Source: Selaginella moellendorffii (Eukaryota; Plantae; Lycopodiophyta). Taken from it: a stretch of DNA of 64,000 nt. Below, one piece after another: positions 63,821 through 64,000 of this stretch. Position 1 is the stretch's first letter. Each line of letters starts with the position of its first letter. The stretch spans positions 2,027,419 through 2,091,418 of the forward strand of contig NW_003314275.1 in NCBI RefSeq assembly GCF_000143415.4. Direction: 5' to 3'. Under the pieces are notes generated by a model. That model did no database searches. It was not told the DNA's origin and saw nothing but the letters and a program-made list of their open reading frames with translations. The translations under genes and the position numbers were made by a program.

Positions 63821-64000
63821 AGTTGAAGAACCAATCAAGTGGCATTTGCAAGATTGTATTGAAGGACTATGTAGCAGCTGTAAAGTAGAGAAGTTTCCTA
63901 TTTGTGCTTGGGGGGTTGAGCGTGGACCATACTTGAGCTCACGAGCTGAAGAGTTGAGCTCACGAGTTGAGCTCAATTTTCAATTGTAATTTAGTACAAA

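Overview
This window is eukaryotic, most likely land-plant nuclear DNA. The evidence is very short GT-AG introns, compact genes, chromodomain Ty3/gypsy elements, PPR debris and CVNH-like genes; together these suggest a seed-free plant such as the lycophyte Selaginella, which is an inference. About 1.9-48.5 kb is a rearrangement hotspot, anchored by an intact RNA Pol I/III AC40 gene (0.3-1.9 kb) and an intact ABHD17-like hydrolase (47.0-48.5 kb). Inside it, a cassette of AC40, phytol kinase, CVNH-like lectin and ABHD17 was duplicated repeatedly. The housekeeping copies decayed to fragments, while secreted Cys-rich cyanovirin-N-like (CVNH) genes were kept: 8 copies in the window, 7 apparently intact, with varied C-termini, chimeric 5'/3' halves and uneven divergence. 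A tandem array of five small HMA-domain genes sits inside intron 3 of a duplicated phytol kinase. Two gypsy elements and copia remnants are nested in the region. The right-hand 14 kb holds a WD40 protein, nuclear poly(A) polymerase, an NXPE/SGNH-type membrane protein, two more CVNH-like genes and an unusual E3 ligase. That ligase appears to fuse an RBR-type RING1-IBR module to a complete MYCBP2/PHR-type RING-Cys-relay (RCR) module. All gene models and alignments were made by eye.
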